Shown here: positions 9,335 through 19,964 of the stretch, one piece after another
Position numbering within the stretch: position 1 is the first letter of the stretch
Layout of the letters: each line of letters begins with the position of its first letter
Origin: Actinomycetales bacterium
GTDB taxonomy: Bacteria; Actinomycetota; Actinomycetes; Actinomycetales; CAVURS01
Length of the DNA: 64,000 nucleotides
Direction: 5' to 3'
Assembly (NCBI GenBank): GCA_045807245.1
Contig: JBJMHS010000027.1
Span: forward strand, 1 to 64,000
The notes under the pieces: model-generated
What the model was told of the DNA's origin: nothing
The model's database searches: none
The model's input: only the letters and a program-made list of their open reading frames with translations
Position numbers and translations under genes: made by a program

Positions 9335-9826
9335 GTGAGACCGTCCCACGACGACCGCGCGAGCCAGATCGGACCCGAGATAGTGCGGTTCGTCCGTGGG
9401 CTCAAGAGTGTTCAGGCCCAGACGGCGCACCGCTCACGGCACGGGGTCGACCCCTCGGCGTACCCGTTGCTCTTCCAGCTCGTCGACGCACCCAAGCGCA
9501 CCACGGAGCTCGCCGCCTGTGTGCACGCGGACATCTCCACCGTCAGCCGCCAGGTGACCGCACTGGTCGACGCCGGGCTGGTCGAGCGGACGGTCGACGA
9601 GGAGGACCGCCGGGCGACGATCCTGCGGCTCACCGAGGGCGGCCAGGCCGTGTTCGGGACCATGCGCCAGGACCGCGAGCGCATGCTCGCCATCGTGCTG
9701 GCCGACTGGTCGCCCCGCGACGTGGCGGCCCTGGCCACCTTGCTGGGCCGGTTCAACGACGACTTCGATGCGGCCCGGCCGGCCGTCATCGCCGCACTCA
9801 CGGACGACGTCAAGGAGAGCTCATGA
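9335..9826 (+). CDS. MarR family regulator
   Basis: ELA...ISTVSRQVTALVDAGLVER..DEEDRRA...LT. Confidence 0.92.
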   Translation: MRPSHDDRASQIGPEIVRFVRGLKSVQAQTAHRSRHGVDPSAYPLLFQLVDAPKRTTELAACVHADISTVSRQVTALVDAGLVERTVDEEDRRATILRLTEGGQAVFGTMRQDRERMLAIVLADWSPRDVAALATLLGRFNDDFDAARPAVIAALTDDVKESS

Positions 9827-11544
9827 CCGAAGCCTCGGAGACCGAGGTCTCGACGGCACCCTCAACAGCCCCGGCCGGCCCGGCCGGGCTGACCCACCGG
9901 CAGATCCTCGCGATCCTGTCCGGCCTGCTGATGGGCATGTTCCTCGCGGCGCTGGACCAGACGATCGTCAGTACGGCGATCCGCACCATCGCGGACGACC
10001 TCCACGGACTGTCCGTGCAGGCGTGGGTGACCACGGCGTACCTGATCACCTCGACGATCGCGACGCCGCTGTACGGCAAGCTCTCGGACATCTACGGCCG
10101 CAAGAAGTTCTTCATCGCCGCCATCTCGATCTTCATCGCCGGCTCCATGCTGTGCACGCTGGCCACGTCGATGTACTCGCTCGCCGCGTACCGCGCCTTC
10201 CAGGGCATCGGCGCCGGCGGGCTGTTCACCCTGGCCCTCGCCATCATCGGCGACATCGTGTCGCCGCGGGAGCGGGCGCGGTACCAGGGCTACTTCCTCG
10301 CCGTGTTCGGTACGTCGAGCGTTCTCGGCCCGGTGATAGGCGGGTTCCTCGCCGGCCAGAGCTCGATCCTGGGCGTGGCCGGCTGGCGCTGGGTGTTCCT
10401 CGTCAACGTGCCCATCGGCATCGTGGCGCTGTTCGTCGTGTCGGCCACGCTGCACGTCCCGCACTTCCGGCGAGACCACCGGATCGACTGGTGGGGCGCG
10501 GTCCTGCTCAGCGTCTCGCTGGTGCCGCTGCTCACCGTCGCCGAGCAGGGCCGGGAGTGGGGCTGGGGTTCGGGCCGGTCCCTCGCGTGCTACTTCGTCG
10601 GTGTCCTGGCCGCTGTCGGTTTCGTCTATGCCGAGTCGCGCTTCGGCGACGAGGCGTTGATCCCGTTGCGGATCTTCAAGAACCGCACGATCAGCCTGGC
10701 GCTGGTGTCCAGCGTGGTGACAGGCGCCGGCCTGTTCGGGGCCGTGACGGTGCTGCCGCTGTACCTGCAGATCGTCCAGGGCGCCTCGCCCAGCAAGGCC
10801 GGTCTGCTGATGCTGCCGTTCGTGCTCGGCCTGATGTCAGCGGCCGTCATCTCCGGCCAGATCATCTCCAAGACCGGGCGGTACCGGACCTTCCCGATCA
10901 TGGGCGCCGTCCTGATGGTCATCGGCCTGCTGCTGCTCTGGCGGGTCCACTACGACACACCGCTGCCGGTGATCATGCTGTTCATGCTCGTGACCGGCTA
11001 CGGCCTCGGCAACACGATGCAGCCGTTGATGCTGGCCGTGCAGAACTCGGTCTCCCCACGCGACATCGGTGTTGCCACGTCGTCCTCCACGTTCTTCCGC
11101 CAGATCGGCGGCACGCTCGGTGTGGCGGTGTTCCTCTCGATCCTGTTCAGCACGGTGGGCGACAAGATCGCGGCAGCGCTGCGGCACGCGACCGGTACGC
11201 CGGCGTTCCAGGCCGCGGCGCACAACCCCGCTATCGCCGGGCAGCATCCGAACAGCGACTTCCTCGCGGCGTTGCAGGCGCAGCAGTCGGGGAAGAGCAC
11301 GAGCTTCTTCTCCGGCGTGCTGAACGACTCCTCGGTCATCGACCGGCTGGCCAAGCCGTTCGGCGACCCGTTCAAGATCGGCTTCTCGCAGGCGATGGAC
11401 ACGGTGTTCCTCGTCGGCGCCTGCGTCGTCGTGGTCGCAGTCGTGGTGCTGGCTTTCCTGCCGCACATCGAGCTGCGCGACACCTCCGGCATCGAGGCGC
11501 AGCAGCAGGCCGAGGCCGAGGCGGCCGCCAAAGCCGCGGAGTGA
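9823..11544 (+). CDS. DHA2 (EmrB/QacA) MFS efflux transporter
   Basis: LAALDQTIV, GKLSDIYGRK, WRWVFLVNVP; ATGA overlap with marR. Confidence 0.93.
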   Translation: MTEASETEVSTAPSTAPAGPAGLTHRQILAILSGLLMGMFLAALDQTIVSTAIRTIADDLHGLSVQAWVTTAYLITSTIATPLYGKLSDIYGRKKFFIAAISIFIAGSMLCTLATSMYSLAAYRAFQGIGAGGLFTLALAIIGDIVSPRERARYQGYFLAVFGTSSVLGPVIGGFLAGQSSILGVAGWRWVFLVNVPIGIVALFVVSATLHVPHFRRDHRIDWWGAVLLSVSLVPLLTVAEQGREWGWGSGRSLACYFVGVLAAVGFVYAESRFGDEALIPLRIFKNRTISLALVSSVVTGAGLFGAVTVLPLYLQIVQGASPSKAGLLMLPFVLGLMSAAVISGQIISKTGRYRTFPIMGAVLMVIGLLLLWRVHYDTPLPVIMLFMLVTGYGLGNTMQPLMLAVQNSVSPRDIGVATSSSTFFRQIGGTLGVAVFLSILFSTVGDKIAAALRHATGTPAFQAAAHNPAIAGQHPNSDFLAALQAQQSGKSTSFFSGVLNDSSVIDRLAKPFGDPFKIGFSQAMDTVFLVGACVVVVAVVVLAFLPHIELRDTSGIEAQQQAEAEAAAKAAE

Positions 11545-11592
11545 GACCGGCACCGCGCGGGCCGTGAGGTCAGCGAGGGGCGGGCGCTGAGG

Positions 11593-13041
11593 TCAGGCCC
11601 AGACCAGTGCCTGCGCCGGGTCCTGGAGGATGCGCGCCAGGTCGGCCAGGAACAGCGAGCCGAGCTCGCCGTCGATCATCCGGTGGTCGAACGAGAGCGC
11701 CAGCGTCGTCACCCAGCGGGCCTTGACCTTGCCCTTGTGCACCCACGGCTGCCGCCGGACCGCACCGAAGGCGAGGATCGCGGCTTCGCCGGGGTTGAGG
11801 ATCGGCGTACCCGTGTCGATGCCGAAGACGCCGACGTTGGTGATCGTCATCGTGCCGCCGGCCATGTCGCCCGGGGGCGTGCGCCCCTCGCGGGCCGTGG
11901 CCGTCAACGCGGCCAGCGCGTCGGCCAGCTCGCGCAACGACAGCGCGTCGGCATCCTTGATGTTCGGGACGACGAGACCGCGCGGTGTCGCAGCGGCGAT
12001 GCCGAGGTTCACGTAGTGCTTGACCACGATCTCCTGGGCGGCGTCGTCCCACGAGGCGTTGACCTCCGGGTTTCGTTGCACCGCAAGGAGTAGCGCCTTC
12101 GCGACGACGAGCAGCGGTGACACCTTGACCCCGGCGAACTGCCGGTCCTCGCGGAGCCGGTCGACGAGCCGCATCGTGCGGGTCACGTCGACGGTGACGA
12201 ACTCGGTGACGTGCGGTGCGGTGAAGGCACTCGACACCATCGCCTGCGCCGTCATCTTGCGAACGCCCTTGACGGGCACCCGCGTCTCCCGTTCGCCGGA
12301 CCGTACGACGCGCCGCGGCGTGACATCTCCGTCCGCCGCATCCACCGGCCCTGCGTCGCCGCTCGCGTAGGCCTGCAGGTCGTCGCGGGTCACCGAACCC
12401 TCAGGTCCGGTGCCCGGCACGGACGCCAGATCGACGCCGAGCTGCTTGGCCAGCGCCCGGACCGGCGGCTTGGCCAGCGGCTTGGCGGTGGTCGCCTGAT
12501 CGTCAGAGGTCAGCAGCGTGACGCCGGGATCGGAGACGTCATGGTCCGACGCCTCCAGCGAGACCGGCGGCTCGGGGAGCACCGTCGTCGCCGCGGGCGC
12601 ATCTGACGCCTTGCGCGGACGGCGCTTGGCCTCCGTCGTGCGCGGGCCGTAGCCCACGAGCACCGACGTCCGGCCGCCGGGAGCCGGGCCGCCGATCAGG
12701 CCGGGCTCGACGCCGCCCTCCTCGGGTGCGGTCTCGACGTCGGTCGCGCCCGCCGCGGCTCCGGGCGGCTCGGGCGCCGGGGCCGCGGCGCCTCCGCCCG
12801 GTGCGGTGTCGACCGCGATGATCGGCGTACCGACGTCGACCGTCTGCCCCTCGGGAACGAGCAGCTCGGTGACCACACCGGCAAAGGGGGTCGGCAGCTC
12901 CACGAGCGACTTGGCCGTCTCGATCTCGACGACGATGTCGTTGACCTTCACGGTGTCACCGGGCTTGACCTTCCAGGTGACGATCTCGGCCTCGGTGAGG
13001 CCCTCGCCGACGTCCGGGAGGCGGAAGCTCTGCACGCTCAT
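11593..13041 (-). CDS. 2-oxoacid dehydrogenase E2 dihydrolipoamide acyltransferase
   Basis: Lipoyl domain ETAKS, E3-binding GTGPEG, catalytic DHRMIDG. Confidence 0.95.
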   Translation of the reverse strand: MSVQSFRLPDVGEGLTEAEIVTWKVKPGDTVKVNDIVVEIETAKSLVELPTPFAGVVTELLVPEGQTVDVGTPIIAVDTAPGGGAAAPAPEPPGAAAGATDVETAPEEGGVEPGLIGGPAPGGRTSVLVGYGPRTTEAKRRPRKASDAPAATTVLPEPPVSLEASDHDVSDPGVTLLTSDDQATTAKPLAKPPVRALAKQLGVDLASVPGTGPEGSVTRDDLQAYASGDAGPVDAADGDVTPRRVVRSGERETRVPVKGVRKMTAQAMVSSAFTAPHVTEFVTVDVTRTMRLVDRLREDRQFAGVKVSPLLVVAKALLLAVQRNPEVNASWDDAAQEIVVKHYVNLGIAAATPRGLVVPNIKDADALSLRELADALAALTATAREGRTPPGDMAGGTMTITNVGVFGIDTGTPILNPGEAAILAFGAVRRQPWVHKGKVKARWVTTLALSFDHRMIDGELGSLFLADLARILQDPAQALVWA

Positions 13042-13050
13042 GTCAGCCCC

Positions 13051-14079
13051 TCACCAGGCCAGGGCGCGGTCGACTCCGTCGAGCACGCGGTCGAGATCGG
13101 GCAGGAACTCTTCCTCGAGCCGGCTGGGCGGGTAGGGCAGGTTGTACCCGCCGACCCGGATGACGGGCGCTTCGAGGTGGTAGAAGCAGCGTTCGGTCAC
13201 CCGCGCCGCGACCTCCGCACCGACACCGAGGAACGTCGGCGCCTCGTGCACGACGACCAGCCGGCCGGTCTTGGTCACGGACGTGGCCAAGGTGTCCACG
13301 TCGAGCGGGGACAGCGAGCGCAGGTCGACGACCTCGACGCTCTTGCCCTCCTCGGCCGCGACGGCGGCGGCGTCGAGACACGTCTTCACGGTCGGCCCGT
13401 ACGACGCCAGCGTGACCGTGTCACCGGGCAGCACGACCCGGGCGCTGTTCAGCGGGGGCGCCGAGCTCAGGTCGGCCGAGAAGTCGACCTCGGCCTTCTC
13501 CCAGTAGCGCCGCTTGGGCTCGTAGAAGATCACCGGGTCGTCCGACGCGATGGCCTGCTGGATCATCCAGTACGCATCTGCGGCATTGGCGCAGCAGACG
13601 ACGCGCAGCCCGGCCGTGTGGGCGAAGTACGCCTCGTTCGACTCGCTGTGATGCTCGACGGCGCCGATCCCGCCGCCCACCGGGATCCGGACGACGATCG
13701 GCAGGTGGACGGCGCCCAGCGACCGGGCGTGCATCTTGGCCAGCTGCGAGACGATCTGGTCGAAGGCGGGGTAGACGAACCCGTCGAACTGGATCTCGCA
13801 CACCGGGCGGTACCCGCGCAGAGCCAGGCCGATCGCCGTACCGATGATGCCCGACTCGGCCAGCGGGGTGTCGATGACCCGGTCCTCGCCGAAGTCCTTC
13901 TGCAGCCCGTCGGTGATCCGGAAGACACCGCCGAGCCGGCCGATGTCCTCGCCCATGAGGATGACCTTGGCGTCGTCCTCCATCGCCTTGCGCAGACCGC
14001 TGTTGACGCCTTTGGCCAGGGTGACGGTCTGAGCGGACTGAGCCGGCTGAGCCGCCGGGTTGGCGGGGTCGCTGCTCAT
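13051..14079 (-). CDS. 2-oxoacid (pyruvate/branched-chain) dehydrogenase E1 beta
   Basis: GEDIG, DTPLAESG, EIQF, EHHS; ATG at 14079 overlaps E1 alpha stop. Confidence 0.95.
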   Translation of the reverse strand: MSSDPANPAAQPAQSAQTVTLAKGVNSGLRKAMEDDAKVILMGEDIGRLGGVFRITDGLQKDFGEDRVIDTPLAESGIIGTAIGLALRGYRPVCEIQFDGFVYPAFDQIVSQLAKMHARSLGAVHLPIVVRIPVGGGIGAVEHHSESNEAYFAHTAGLRVVCCANAADAYWMIQQAIASDDPVIFYEPKRRYWEKAEVDFSADLSSAPPLNSARVVLPGDTVTLASYGPTVKTCLDAAAVAAEEGKSVEVVDLRSLSPLDVDTLATSVTKTGRLVVVHEAPTFLGVGAEVAARVTERCFYHLEAPVIRVGGYNLPYPPSRLEEEFLPDLDRVLDGVDRALAW

Positions 14080-15212
14080 CAGTGGCTCCCCTCGGCCTCG
14101 GCGAAGGTCTCCATGTACGCCGCGAACTGCGCTCGCTCGTCGGCGACCAGCGGGTGCGGGTCGACGTAGATGTGGTCGAACATCGCGAGCGGCGTCGGGT
14201 CGGGCAGGGCCAGGCAGCCCTGGCGCACGTGGGCGGCGAGCTCGTCGGACTCGCGGTCGAGCTCGGTGGTGAACGCCTCGTCGATCATGGCCTGGCTCTC
14301 CAGGTAGCTGCGCAGCCGCGTGATGGGGTCGCGGTTCTTCCAGATCTCGACCTCGGCGGCGACCCGGTAGCGCGTCGGGTCGTCGGAGGTGGTGTGCGCG
14401 CCCATGCGGTAGGTGAAGGCCTCGACCAGGGTCGGGCCGTTGCCCTCGCGGGCGTGGTCCAGGGCGGCCCTGGTCACTGCGTAGACCGCCAGGACGTCGT
14501 TGCCGTCGACCCGTACGCCGGGGAAGCCGAACCCGCTCGCGCGCTGGTACAGCGGCACGCGGGTCTGCTTGTCGTTGGGCTCGGAGATGGCCCACTGGTT
14601 GTTCTGGCAGAAGAACACGACCGGGGCGTTCTGCACGCTGGCGAACACGAAGGCCTCGTTGACGTCGCCCTGGGCCGTCGCGCCGTCGCCGAAGTACGCG
14701 ATGACGGCCGCGTCACGGGCCGGGTCACCGGTGCCCACGTAGCCGTCGCGCTGGATGCCCATCGCGTATCCGGTCGCGTGCAGCGTCTGGGCGCCGATGA
14801 CGATCGTGTAGAGGTGGAAGTTCTTCTCGTCCGGGTCCCATCCCCCATGGTTGACGCCGCGGAACAGGCCGAGCAGGTTGAGCGGGTCGACCCCGCGGCA
14901 CCAGGCCACGCCGTGCTCGCGGTAGGTCGGGAAGGCGTAGTCCTGAGGGGAGAGCGCGCGCCCGGAGCCGACCTGAGCCGCCTCCTGTCCGAGCAGGCTG
15001 GCCCAGATGCCCAGCTCGCCCTGCCGCTGTAGGGCGGTCGCCTCGGTGTCCACCCGCCGGACCAGGACCAGATCGCGGTAGAAGCCGCGCAGCGTCTCGG
15101 CGTCCAGACCCTCGGCGTACGCCGAGTAGACCGGGTGCTCTCGTCGCTCACCCTCCGGGGTGAGCAGCTGGACCAGCTCAGGCCCGCCGTCGACTGCCGT
15201 GGACTGCGTCAC
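14079..15212 (-). CDS. 2-oxoacid (pyruvate/branched-chain) dehydrogenase E1 alpha
   Basis: TPP motif FGDGA...QNNQWAIS, YRMGAHTTSDDP. Confidence 0.95.
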   Translation of the reverse strand: MTQSTAVDGGPELVQLLTPEGERREHPVYSAYAEGLDAETLRGFYRDLVLVRRVDTEATALQRQGELGIWASLLGQEAAQVGSGRALSPQDYAFPTYREHGVAWCRGVDPLNLLGLFRGVNHGGWDPDEKNFHLYTIVIGAQTLHATGYAMGIQRDGYVGTGDPARDAAVIAYFGDGATAQGDVNEAFVFASVQNAPVVFFCQNNQWAISEPNDKQTRVPLYQRASGFGFPGVRVDGNDVLAVYAVTRAALDHAREGNGPTLVEAFTYRMGAHTTSDDPTRYRVAAEVEIWKNRDPITRLRSYLESQAMIDEAFTTELDRESDELAAHVRQGCLALPDPTPLAMFDHIYVDPHPLVADERAQFAAYMETFAEAEGSH

Positions 15213-15375
15213 TGCACGCTCCTTCGCCGGCCGGCAAAGGGGTTCACCCCGCCGGATGGTGGGTCCGCGGAGACCGGTTGTGCCGACGTCGCCACGGTGC
15301 GGGGAAGGCTTCGGGTCTGCGCCGCCACCGCCTAAGGCTCACGGTACCGGCGCACCCGGGTTCTGGCCGAACCGC

Positions 15376-16350
15376 TCAGGCGCGGTGCTTGCCGCCGGCG
15401 CGGTGCTCGCCGTGCGTGCGGTGCTTGGCGATGTGCTTGCTCGGGTCCGAGGTGTGGCCGGCGTCGTCCGCGGTCGCGGTGTCCGTGACGGTCTCGACAA
15501 CCGCCTCGACGTGCGCCTTGACCGACGTGCCTCCGCCGCCCCCGTTGACCGTGCCCGCCCCGGATCCCGGGTGTGGTGCGCCGGCGTTGCCGCCGGAGGT
15601 GCTGCCGTCCCCCGAGCCGTTCGGGTCGCCGCCGGCGTTGGTGCCGGTCGGCGTGGTGGTGGGCGGGATGACCCCGCCGGGCGTGCTGCCGTGGGCCGAG
15701 CCGATCGGGGAGGAGCCGTGGCCCTCGGTGCCGGTGCCGTCACCCGGGTCGGAGACGACCGGACTCGTCGGGATGGGCGGGTGGATGATGATGTGGCCGC
15801 CGCCGCCGAAGTGGGTGCCGGGCGAGGCGCAGATGGTGCTGCCGACCAGACCGACGCAGACCGGGTCGCGTCCCTCGACGCCGGTGCCGCCACTGCCGCC
15901 GTTGACGCTGCCGTTGCCGTCGCCGGGGTTCGGCCGACCGATGGTGCCGCCGCCGCTACCGCCGTTGCCACCGTGGTGGTGGCGGTGGCCGCCCGTGCCA
16001 CCACTGCCGGACGTCGTCCCGGTGGTCGTGCTGCCGCTGCCGGAGCTGCCGGCCGCCGGCGGGTTGCCGGTGAACGCGGACCCGGTGCCCGGCTTCTTGA
16101 CGGTGGGCGCGGGGGTGTGGACGACTCGAGGAGTCAGGGCCCGGACGTTGCCGGGAGCGGAGACGCCCCCGCCGGCCGTCGGCGAGACCGAGTGCGGCAG
16201 AGGTGCGAACGCGATGGCGACGAGGCTGGTGACGGTGACCGTCGACAGTGCGACCAGGGCAGCGGTCGGGCCGCCCGCACGGGCAGCGAGTGCCCGCGCA
16301 CGACGTGCGCCCGCGCGAGAGGCCTCGGGCCCCAGCTGCTGAACCGCCAT
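15376..16350 (-). CDS. Membrane-anchored Gly/Thr/Pro-rich hypothetical protein
   Basis: ATG at 16350; one hydrophobic helix then low-complexity Gly-rich body; GGC/ACC/AAC codon usage fits this strand. Confidence 0.65.
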   Translation of the reverse strand: MAVQQLGPEASRAGARRARALAARAGGPTAALVALSTVTVTSLVAIAFAPLPHSVSPTAGGGVSAPGNVRALTPRVVHTPAPTVKKPGTGSAFTGNPPAAGSSGSGSTTTGTTSGSGGTGGHRHHHGGNGGSGGGTIGRPNPGDGNGSVNGGSGGTGVEGRDPVCVGLVGSTICASPGTHFGGGGHIIIHPPIPTSPVVSDPGDGTGTEGHGSSPIGSAHGSTPGGVIPPTTTPTGTNAGGDPNGSGDGSTSGGNAGAPHPGSGAGTVNGGGGGTSVKAHVEAVVETVTDTATADDAGHTSDPSKHIAKHRTHGEHRAGGKHRA

Positions 16351-16574
16351 GGTGATCGCCCCCGACCAACCCTTCTTGTCGCGTACCGCTGGTGTGTGCA
16401 CGTGCTGCCTTGCCAGTGTCTTGCGCGCTCCGTGCCCCCACCGCTACCGGCTGTGAGCCCTACTGTGCACTCAGTCGAGGCTACGGGGGAGGGAGTTGCC
16501 TACGAAATAACTCATCGGTACTAGTTACCCGAACCTTGAGTGCTCACGCTGAGTGTACTTGTGCCTGCACTGTG

Positions 16575-17639
16575 TCACGGCAAACTCTGCCGAAACGCCG
16601 CACACACGTCAAGCAGGAGGTCGGCCGCCTCTGGCTCGGCCACGGTGCAGCGGGCCCCGGACCCAGCGAACGGCCGAACCACGACCCCCGCTGCTTCAGC
16701 CATCCGGGCGAACCCGGTCGTCTGCTCGCCCAGCTCCAGCCAGACGAAGTTCGCCTCGGAGTCCGGCACGTCCCAGCCCTGGGCCCGCAGGCCCGCCACG
16801 ACCCGCCCCCGCTGGTCGACCAGTGCGTCGACCCGCACCTTGAGCTCGTCGTACGCCGCCAGGGAGGCGATCGCCGCGTCCTGGGCGATCCCGGACACCC
16901 CGAACGGCACCGCGGTCTTGCGCAGCGCGTCTGCGACCTCCGGACTGGCGACTGCGTACCCGACCCGCAGCCCGGCCAGCCCGTAGGCCTTGGAGAAGGT
17001 GCGCAGCACCGCGACGTTCGGCCGGCGCCGGTGGACTCCCACGGCGTCCGGCACCTGCGGGTCGCGCACGAACTCCACGTATGCCTCGTCGACCACGACC
17101 AGCACGTCCTCCGGCACGGCGTCCAGGAACGCCTCCAGCTCGTCGGCGTGCACGGCCGGTCCGGTGGGGTTGTTCGGCGTACACACCAGGACCAACCGGG
17201 TCCGCTCGGTGATGGCGGCGGCCATGGCGGGCAGGTCGTGCCGCCCCCCGGGCGCCAGCGGCACCGGCACGCCCTTCGCGCCGGAGAGCTGAACCATGAT
17301 CGGGTACGCCTCGAACGACCGCCAGGCATGGACAACCTCGTCGCCGTCGCCGCAGGTCGCGGCCAGGATCTGGCCGAGCACCCCGACGCTCCCGGTGCCG
17401 ACGGCGACCCGTTGGGGATCGACGCCCACGTGTGCCGCGATGGCCTCGGTCAGCGCGGTGGCGGCCATGTCCGGGTAGCGGTTCATGTGGCCGGCGGCGC
17501 GGGCCACGACCTCCAGCACGCTGGGGAGTGGGGGGTACGGGTTCTCGTTGCTCGAGATCTTGTACGCCGTGTGCTCGGCCGGACGGCCGGGCACGTAGGA
17601 CGGCACGCCGGACAGCGTGCTGCGCAGCCGAACGCTCAT
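16575..17639 (-). CDS. HisC-family PLP aminotransferase (aromatic aminotransferase Pat-like)
   Basis: [38 protein letters not shown] 7 nt before ATG. Confidence 0.92.
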   Translation of the reverse strand: MSVRLRSTLSGVPSYVPGRPAEHTAYKISSNENPYPPLPSVLEVVARAAGHMNRYPDMAATALTEAIAAHVGVDPQRVAVGTGSVGVLGQILAATCGDGDEVVHAWRSFEAYPIMVQLSGAKGVPVPLAPGGRHDLPAMAAAITERTRLVLVCTPNNPTGPAVHADELEAFLDAVPEDVLVVVDEAYVEFVRDPQVPDAVGVHRRRPNVAVLRTFSKAYGLAGLRVGYAVASPEVADALRKTAVPFGVSGIAQDAAIASLAAYDELKVRVDALVDQRGRVVAGLRAQGWDVPDSEANFVWLELGEQTTGFARMAEAAGVVVRPFAGSGARCTVAEPEAADLLLDVCAAFRQSLP

Positions 17640-17680
17640 GCCGCTCACTCTAGGCAGGCCGCGGATGGGATGATCCGGGC

Positions 17681-18091
17681 ATGAGGTCCTTCGCCATCAA
17701 GGTGGTGGTCAACGCCGTCGCGATCTGGATCGCGACGCTCGTCACCGGCATCAGCGTGAGCGGTGGGTCGAACACGACGTCGGGCAAGGTCCTGACGTTC
17801 CTGTTCATCGGGCTGCTGTTCGGCATCGTGAACGCGGTCGTCAAGCCGGTCGTGAAGGTGCTGGCCTTCCCCTTCTACATCGTCACGCTCGGGCTGCTCA
17901 CGTTCGTCGTGAACGCGCTGATGCTCGAGCTCACGTCATGGCTGTCCCGGCACACCGACCTGCAGCTGCACATCGACCACTTCTGGTGGCAGGCCGTCGG
18001 CGCCGCGCTCGTGGTCAGCTTCATCAGCCTGGTGCTGAACCTCATCCTCCCGGACAGCCTGCGCGAGGACCGCCTCAAGCAGCGGAGCTAA
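17681..18091 (+). CDS. 4-TMS holin-superfamily-IV (DUF360-like) membrane protein
   Basis: GIVNAVVKP...[16 protein letters not shown] signature. Confidence 0.85.
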   Translation: MRSFAIKVVVNAVAIWIATLVTGISVSGGSNTTSGKVLTFLFIGLLFGIVNAVVKPVVKVLAFPFYIVTLGLLTFVVNALMLELTSWLSRHTDLQLHIDHFWWQAVGAALVVSFISLVLNLILPDSLREDRLKQRS

Positions 18092-18117
18092 GCCCGCCGC
18101 CGTACCCGGATCCTCGG

Positions 18118-19845
18118 TCAGGCGTGGCGGCGGGTGGTGATCACGCGGAACCTCGACGCGACGAAGGCGGCATCGACGTACGCCGCGTTGGCGGCCGGGT
18201 TCGCGCCGGTCCCGTGGTAGTCACTGAACGCCGACGTCTGGTTCACGTAGACCTGGCCGGTGAGGTTCTCCGACAGCGAGACGCCGGCGTCCACCGCGGC
18301 GTCGCGGGCGTCGTCGAGGACGTCGCCCGACGTCGAGTAGACCGACGCCGTCATCGCGCCGTGCTGCTGCACCGTGTCGACGAAGGTGCGCAGTGACTGG
18401 GCCGTGCTGCCCGTCGCGATGAGGAACGTGACGGGGCCGAAGCACTCCTGCCGGTAGACCTCCTCGTCGGTCACGTCCAGGGCGACCAGGGCAGGGGTGC
18501 GGACGACAGCGTCCGGGTACGTCGGGTGGTCGACCTCGCGGGTGTCGAGGACGACGCGCCCCTCGCCTGAAGGGGCGGACGCGGCCAGGGCCGCGACCGA
18601 GGCGGCGCGCTCGCGGACCGCGGGGTTGACCGTGGCGCCGAGCAGCTCGACCGCCTTGGCGTCGTCCGCGGTCAGCCCGGTGATGGCCGCGGCCAGCCGC
18701 TGGGCGAGCTCGTCGAACGTCAACGGCCCGGCCTCGGTCGTGATGCCGTCCCGCGGGATGTACACGTTCTGCGGCGTCGTGCACATCTGACCGCTGTACA
18801 GGGTGAACGAGAAGGCGAGGTTCGACAGCATCCCGTCGAGGTCGTCGGTCGAGTCGACCACGACGGTGTTGACGCCGGCCTTCTCGGTGAAGACGGTCAC
18901 GCCGCGGCGCGCGCCCTCCTCCTCCAGCCAGCGCCCGAAGCCCGGCCCACCGGTGTAGTCGATGATCCTCACGTCCGGGTGCGCGATGAGCGCCTTGGCC
19001 ATCGTGCCGCCCGGCTCCTCGGCGGCGAGGGTCACCAGGTCGGGGTCGAAACCGTTCTCCGACAACACTTCTCGAGCCACCTCGACCGTGATGGCCAGGG
19101 GCAGGGTCGCGTTGGGGTGCGGCTTGACGATGACGGCGTTGCCGGTCGCGAGCGAGGCGAACAGACCGGGGTAGGCGTTCCACGTCGGGAACGTGTTGCA
19201 CCCGATCACCACCGCGACACCGCGGCCGACGATGTGGTTGTCCTTGTCCATGACGAGCGGCTCGCCACGGCCGGGCTTCTCCCAGTGCACGCTCGGCGGC
19301 ACGCGCAGCTGCTCGGCGAGCGCCGCGGCAACGGCCTCGACGGCGCGGTCCTGGGCGTGCGGTCCGCCGGCCTGGAAGGACATGACGAACGGCTGCCCGC
19401 TGGTGTGCATGACGGCGGTTGCGATCTCGAACGACCGGGCGTTGATGCGGTCCACGATCTCGAGGCAGACAGCGGCGCGGACCTCCGGCCCGACCTGGCG
19501 CCACACGGTTGTCGCAGCCTTGGCGCCGGCGACCAGCCGGTCCACGTCGACCGCGGGGTACCCGACGCGCAACGACGGACCGTACGGCGACACCTCGGCT
19601 CCGACCCAGGCGCCGTGTGCATGGTGGCCGGCCTGCCCGGACAGGGAGCTGAAGTGCTTGGCCAGGTGCGCGTCGAACGCGTCACGGCCCGCCTGGGCCG
19701 CGCCCTCGCCGTACACGCGAGGTGAAGGCGACTCGGGGTACCGCGAGTGGTACCCACGGGTCGTGAGCGCGGCCATGGCCTCGTCGAGCGCAGGGCGGTG
19801 CTTGTCCAGCAGGGTCTGTGCGGTCGGGGATGCTGTCGCACTCAT
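18118..19845 (-). CDS. paaN: Phenylacetate degradation aldehyde dehydrogenase PaaN (actinobacterial type)
   Basis: YPESPSPRVYG, FQAGGPHAQDR, GCNTFPTWN, YSGQMCTTPQ, HGTGANPAAN. Confidence 0.9.
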   Translation of the reverse strand: MSATASPTAQTLLDKHRPALDEAMAALTTRGYHSRYPESPSPRVYGEGAAQAGRDAFDAHLAKHFSSLSGQAGHHAHGAWVGAEVSPYGPSLRVGYPAVDVDRLVAGAKAATTVWRQVGPEVRAAVCLEIVDRINARSFEIATAVMHTSGQPFVMSFQAGGPHAQDRAVEAVAAALAEQLRVPPSVHWEKPGRGEPLVMDKDNHIVGRGVAVVIGCNTFPTWNAYPGLFASLATGNAVIVKPHPNATLPLAITVEVAREVLSENGFDPDLVTLAAEEPGGTMAKALIAHPDVRIIDYTGGPGFGRWLEEEGARRGVTVFTEKAGVNTVVVDSTDDLDGMLSNLAFSFTLYSGQMCTTPQNVYIPRDGITTEAGPLTFDELAQRLAAAITGLTADDAKAVELLGATVNPAVRERAASVAALAASAPSGEGRVVLDTREVDHPTYPDAVVRTPALVALDVTDEEVYRQECFGPVTFLIATGSTAQSLRTFVDTVQQHGAMTASVYSTSGDVLDDARDAAVDAGVSLSENLTGQVYVNQTSAFSDYHGTGANPAANAAYVDAAFVASRFRVITTRRHA

Positions 19846-19964
19846 GGCGAGCCAGACTACCGTCGGCACCATCGAGTCCTTGTGACAGCCGGACTGCGAT
19901 CCGGCAGCGCGCGGCAACACGTCGCGTCGCACCACACGGCGTCCCGGTGAGAGGCCACCCAGCG

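Noticed and set aside
15278..16342. Plus-strand Pro/Val-rich 354-aa ORF
   Set aside because: Mirror of GGC/ACC codons of the minus-strand Gly-rich gene, which has a better start and a TM segment.
17681..18091. Holin-family gene as a prophage marker
   Set aside because: This family is commonly chromosomal in Actinobacteria; no endolysin, integrase or structural genes nearby.
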